Positions 61,552 to 64,000 of a DNA stretch of 64,000 nucleotides are shown here, piece after piece. Below the pieces are notes generated by a model, which was given only the letters and a program-made list of their open reading frames with translations, ran no database searches and was not told the origin of the DNA. The position numbers were made by a program, and so were the translations under genes. The number at the start of each line of letters is the position of its first letter. Positions within the stretch are counted from its first letter, which is position 1. Where the stretch lies: contig CAWHAE010000018.1 in NCBI GenBank assembly GCA_963827235.1, forward strand, positions 192,001 through 256,000. Direction: 5' to 3'. Source of the DNA: an uncultured bacterium. GTDB lineage: Bacteria; Chloroflexota; UBA5177; JANWHV01.

Positions 61552-62739
61552 ATGAGAATTGCTATCGTAACCGAGTCCTTTCTTCCCCGGTCCGACGGCG
61601 TGGTTCGCGGGCTATTGGAGATGCTGTCCTATCTTCGCGAGCACGGCCACGACGCGCTGGTCGTCGCTTCTGGGCCGGGGCCGTGCGAACACCTGGGCTT
61701 CCAGGTCGTTCGGGCCGCCGGACTGCCTTTCCCCTTCTACTCGGACCTGACGTTGTCGCCGTTCTGTCCCGGAATGGCCCGCCTGTTCCGGGCTTGGCGA
61801 CCGCAGATCATTCATCTGGCCAGCCCGTTCGTGCTCGGCGCCGCGGGATGCCGGATCGGACGCCGGCTCGGGCTGCCCGTTGCAGCCCACTATCAAACCA
61901 ACGTGGCGGGCTATGCCCGCCACGTTGGTTTAGGGGCCTTTGCCAGCCTGGCAGCGCGGCGCATCAGGAGCCTGCACAATGACTGCCTGGTCAACTACGC
62001 GCCCACCGCCGGCCAGCGGCTCGCCCTGATCGCGGATGGCGTGCGCAACGTGCGTGTGCTAGGCCGGGGCGTGGACTCTCAGCTGTTCAATCCGGGTCGC
62101 CGCTCGCCGGCAGTACGGCGCTCGCTGCTCGAACCGGGCGAAGACTGTATGTTCCTCTACGTCGGCAGGCTCTCCAGTGAGAAGAACATCGAGAGCCTGG
62201 CGCCCATGATCGCAGCGGTCCCGGCCGCGCGCCTGGTCGTGATCGGCGATGGGCCCAAGCGCGCCAAGCTAGAGGCCCATTTCAGGGGACTGCCCGTCAC
62301 GTTCCTCGGCGCGCGCTATGGCGTGGAGCTGGCAACATTGTATGCCTCGGCCGACGTCTTCTCATTCCCGTCGTTGACCGAGACCTTCGGCCAAGTGGTA
62401 CAGGAGGCAATGGCATCGGGCCTCGCCGTGCTCGCTTATCGCGCGGGCGGTGTGCAGGACCTCTTTCGTCACGGCATCGAGGGCTATCTCTGCGTTGCCG
62501 GCGACGGCGTGCTGTGGAATCAGATGGCGCGCCTGCTGGCGGACGATCGCCCGTTGCGCGCCCGTCTTGGCGCCAGGGCGCGGCAGGCGACCCTGAGCCG
62601 GACCTGGGAAGCCATATTCTCACGCCTGCTCGAGGACTACGAGCAGCTGACCCAGGGCATTGCCGCCGATCCGGCCTTGGCGCGACGCGCCGCGGCCGGA
62701 TCGGGACGGGTGGGGGCGTTGACCATCAACGGCGGCTAA
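61552..62739 (+). CDS. GT4 glycosyltransferase (MgtA/SqdX/Agt-like glycolipid synthase)
   Basis: MRIAIVTESFLP..DGV; GRGVD, YVGRLSSEKN, FPSLTETFGQVVQEAMASG. Confidence 0.92.
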   Translation: MRIAIVTESFLPRSDGVVRGLLEMLSYLREHGHDALVVASGPGPCEHLGFQVVRAAGLPFPFYSDLTLSPFCPGMARLFRAWRPQIIHLASPFVLGAAGCRIGRRLGLPVAAHYQTNVAGYARHVGLGAFASLAARRIRSLHNDCLVNYAPTAGQRLALIADGVRNVRVLGRGVDSQLFNPGRRSPAVRRSLLEPGEDCMFLYVGRLSSEKNIESLAPMIAAVPAARLVVIGDGPKRAKLEAHFRGLPVTFLGARYGVELATLYASADVFSFPSLTETFGQVVQEAMASGLAVLAYRAGGVQDLFRHGIEGYLCVAGDGVLWNQMARLLADDRPLRARLGARARQATLSRTWEAIFSRLLEDYEQLTQGIAADPALARRAAAGSGRVGALTINGG

Positions 62740-62819
62740 TCGGGCAGCCACCGGGTGTCATGCTGGAACGCCGCGCGTCGACGCCCGCACCAATGCTCGC
62801 CGGGCCATACCGGCCTGCC

Positions 62820-64000
62820 TCACGCCGCCCCTTCCATCGCAGCCTGTGTTGCCACCTGCTGCAGCCGGTCGTGTCGCCCCACGTGCCGGGAGATGGTGAA
62901 GAGCGCCACGATCGCGGCCGCTACGGCGAGTCCTGCCGCCACGACGAACGAGCGGTCGAAGCCCGCTACCAGCGCGTGCGCCAGGCTGGCACCCGCATCG
63001 CTGCCCATCACGCTGTTGGTGTAGGAGGTGGCAATGGTGGAGAGCAGCGCCAAGCCGACGGCTCCGCCCACCTGCTGCGAGGTGTTCAAGAGGCCCGAGG
63101 CCAGGCCGGCATCTCGCGGGCCGGCGCCCGACACCGCGGCATTGGTCATGGGCAGGAACACCATGCCCGCTCCCAGCGCGGTCACCACGAAGGCGGGCAG
63201 GATATTGGCCAGGTAGGTGCCGTTGTCGGGCAACCGGGCCAGCAGCAGGAGACCCCCAGTGAGGATCAGGAGACCGGTAACCAGGAGCCACTTCACACCG
63301 ACGCGGCCGACCAGGCCCGCGCCGACGCCCGACGCCAGGATGATCCCTACAGTGAAGGGCAGATAGGCGAATCCTGCCTGCAGCGGCGTGAAGCGCAGCA
63401 CCTGCTGCATGTACAGGGTCAGGAAGAAGAACACCGCGAAAAGGCTCAACCCGACCAGCAGGGCCACCGCGTTTGCCCCGGAGAGCGTCCAGGAGCGAAA
63501 GATCCGCAGCGGGACCAGCGGATGGACGGCAAATCGGGCCTCCACGACCACGAAGAGTGCCAGCAGCGCGGCGGCCCCGATGAGCTCGCCGATCGTGCGT
63601 GCCGAGCCCCAGCCATAGGTGCTGGTATTCACAAGTGCGTACACGAGCACGATCAGGCCGGCAGTCACGGAGCTGGTGCCCAACAGGTCATAGGTGCGGG
63701 AACGATCCGCGGCCCGGCTCTCGGCAAGCAGCCGGGCGGCGAGCACGGCGGTGATCAGGCCGATCGGAACGTTCACAAAGAACACCCAGCGCCAGCCCGG
63801 GCCCTGAGAAAGGATACCGCCAAGGATGACGCCGACCGCGATGCCGCCGCCCGAGACAGCCCCCCACACGCCGAGGGCCCGATCGCGTTCACGGCCCTCT
63901 GTGAAGGTGACGGTGAGCAGCGAGAGCGCGGCGGGGGAGATCACTGCTCCGCCCAAACCCTGCACGGCTCGAATCACGATCAGCTGCGTCGAGGATTGCG
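62820..64000 (-). CDS. DHA2 (EmrB/QacA) family MFS transporter, 5' end outside window
   Basis: RAVQGLGGA, GWRWVFFVNVPIG, PLVPLRIF, GLASGLLNTSQQVGGAVGLA. Confidence 0.92.
   Translation of the reverse strand, partial: QSSTQLIVIRAVQGLGGAVISPAALSLLTVTFTEGRERDRALGVWGAVSGGGIAVGVILGGILSQGPGWRWVFFVNVPIGLITAVLAARLLAESRAADRSRTYDLLGTSSVTAGLIVLVYALVNTSTYGWGSARTIGELIGAAALLALFVVVEARFAVHPLVPLRIFRSWTLSGANAVALLVGLSLFAVFFFLTLYMQQVLRFTPLQAGFAYLPFTVGIILASGVGAGLVGRVGVKWLLVTGLLILTGGLLLLARLPDNGTYLANILPAFVVTALGAGMVFLPMTNAAVSGAGPRDAGLASGLLNTSQQVGGAVGLALLSTIATSYTNSVMGSDAGASLAHALVAGFDRSFVVAAGLAVAAAIVALFTISRHVGRHDRLQQVATQAAMEGAA

Overview
High-GC bacterial chromosomal segment, probably from a Chloroflexota-like organism. 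This is inferred from the Chlor_Arch_YYY/DUF2298 GT-C protein, the ChpA-type CheA-REC and the XRE-STAND-TPR regulators. About 43 coding regions are supported. In order: the end of a chemosensory operon (MCP, mini-MCP, CheA-CheY hybrid); a giant double GT-C glycosyltransferase; a GGDEF-EAL protein; GH172; a BNR-propeller + MoaD/ThiS pair; PfkB; a TIR-nSTAND-TM-WD40 receptor-like protein; divergent nifJ/gdhA; an ECF sigma factor followed by a Tat-Rieske protein with an anti-sigma-like N-terminus; two paralogous truncated aeRF1-like (baeRF/Balon-like) proteins; MMPL; a YgeY + ThrC-like pair; CopCD; USP; a catalytically dead secreted PLD; GH18; two XRE-TPR regulators; the ATP-grasp/alpha-E/transglutaminase operon; rsgA; and a GT4 preceded by a Pho-box-like triple repeat. 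No rRNA, tRNA, CRISPR array or transposase was seen. Several genes carry isolated single-base frameshifts, possibly read or assembly errors. The most interesting candidates are the ECF/Rieske anti-sigma pair, the aeRF1-like paralog pair with DosR/OsdR-like boxes, the TIR-STAND membrane receptor and the dead PLD. All family assignments are by-eye motif recognition; no database searches were run.
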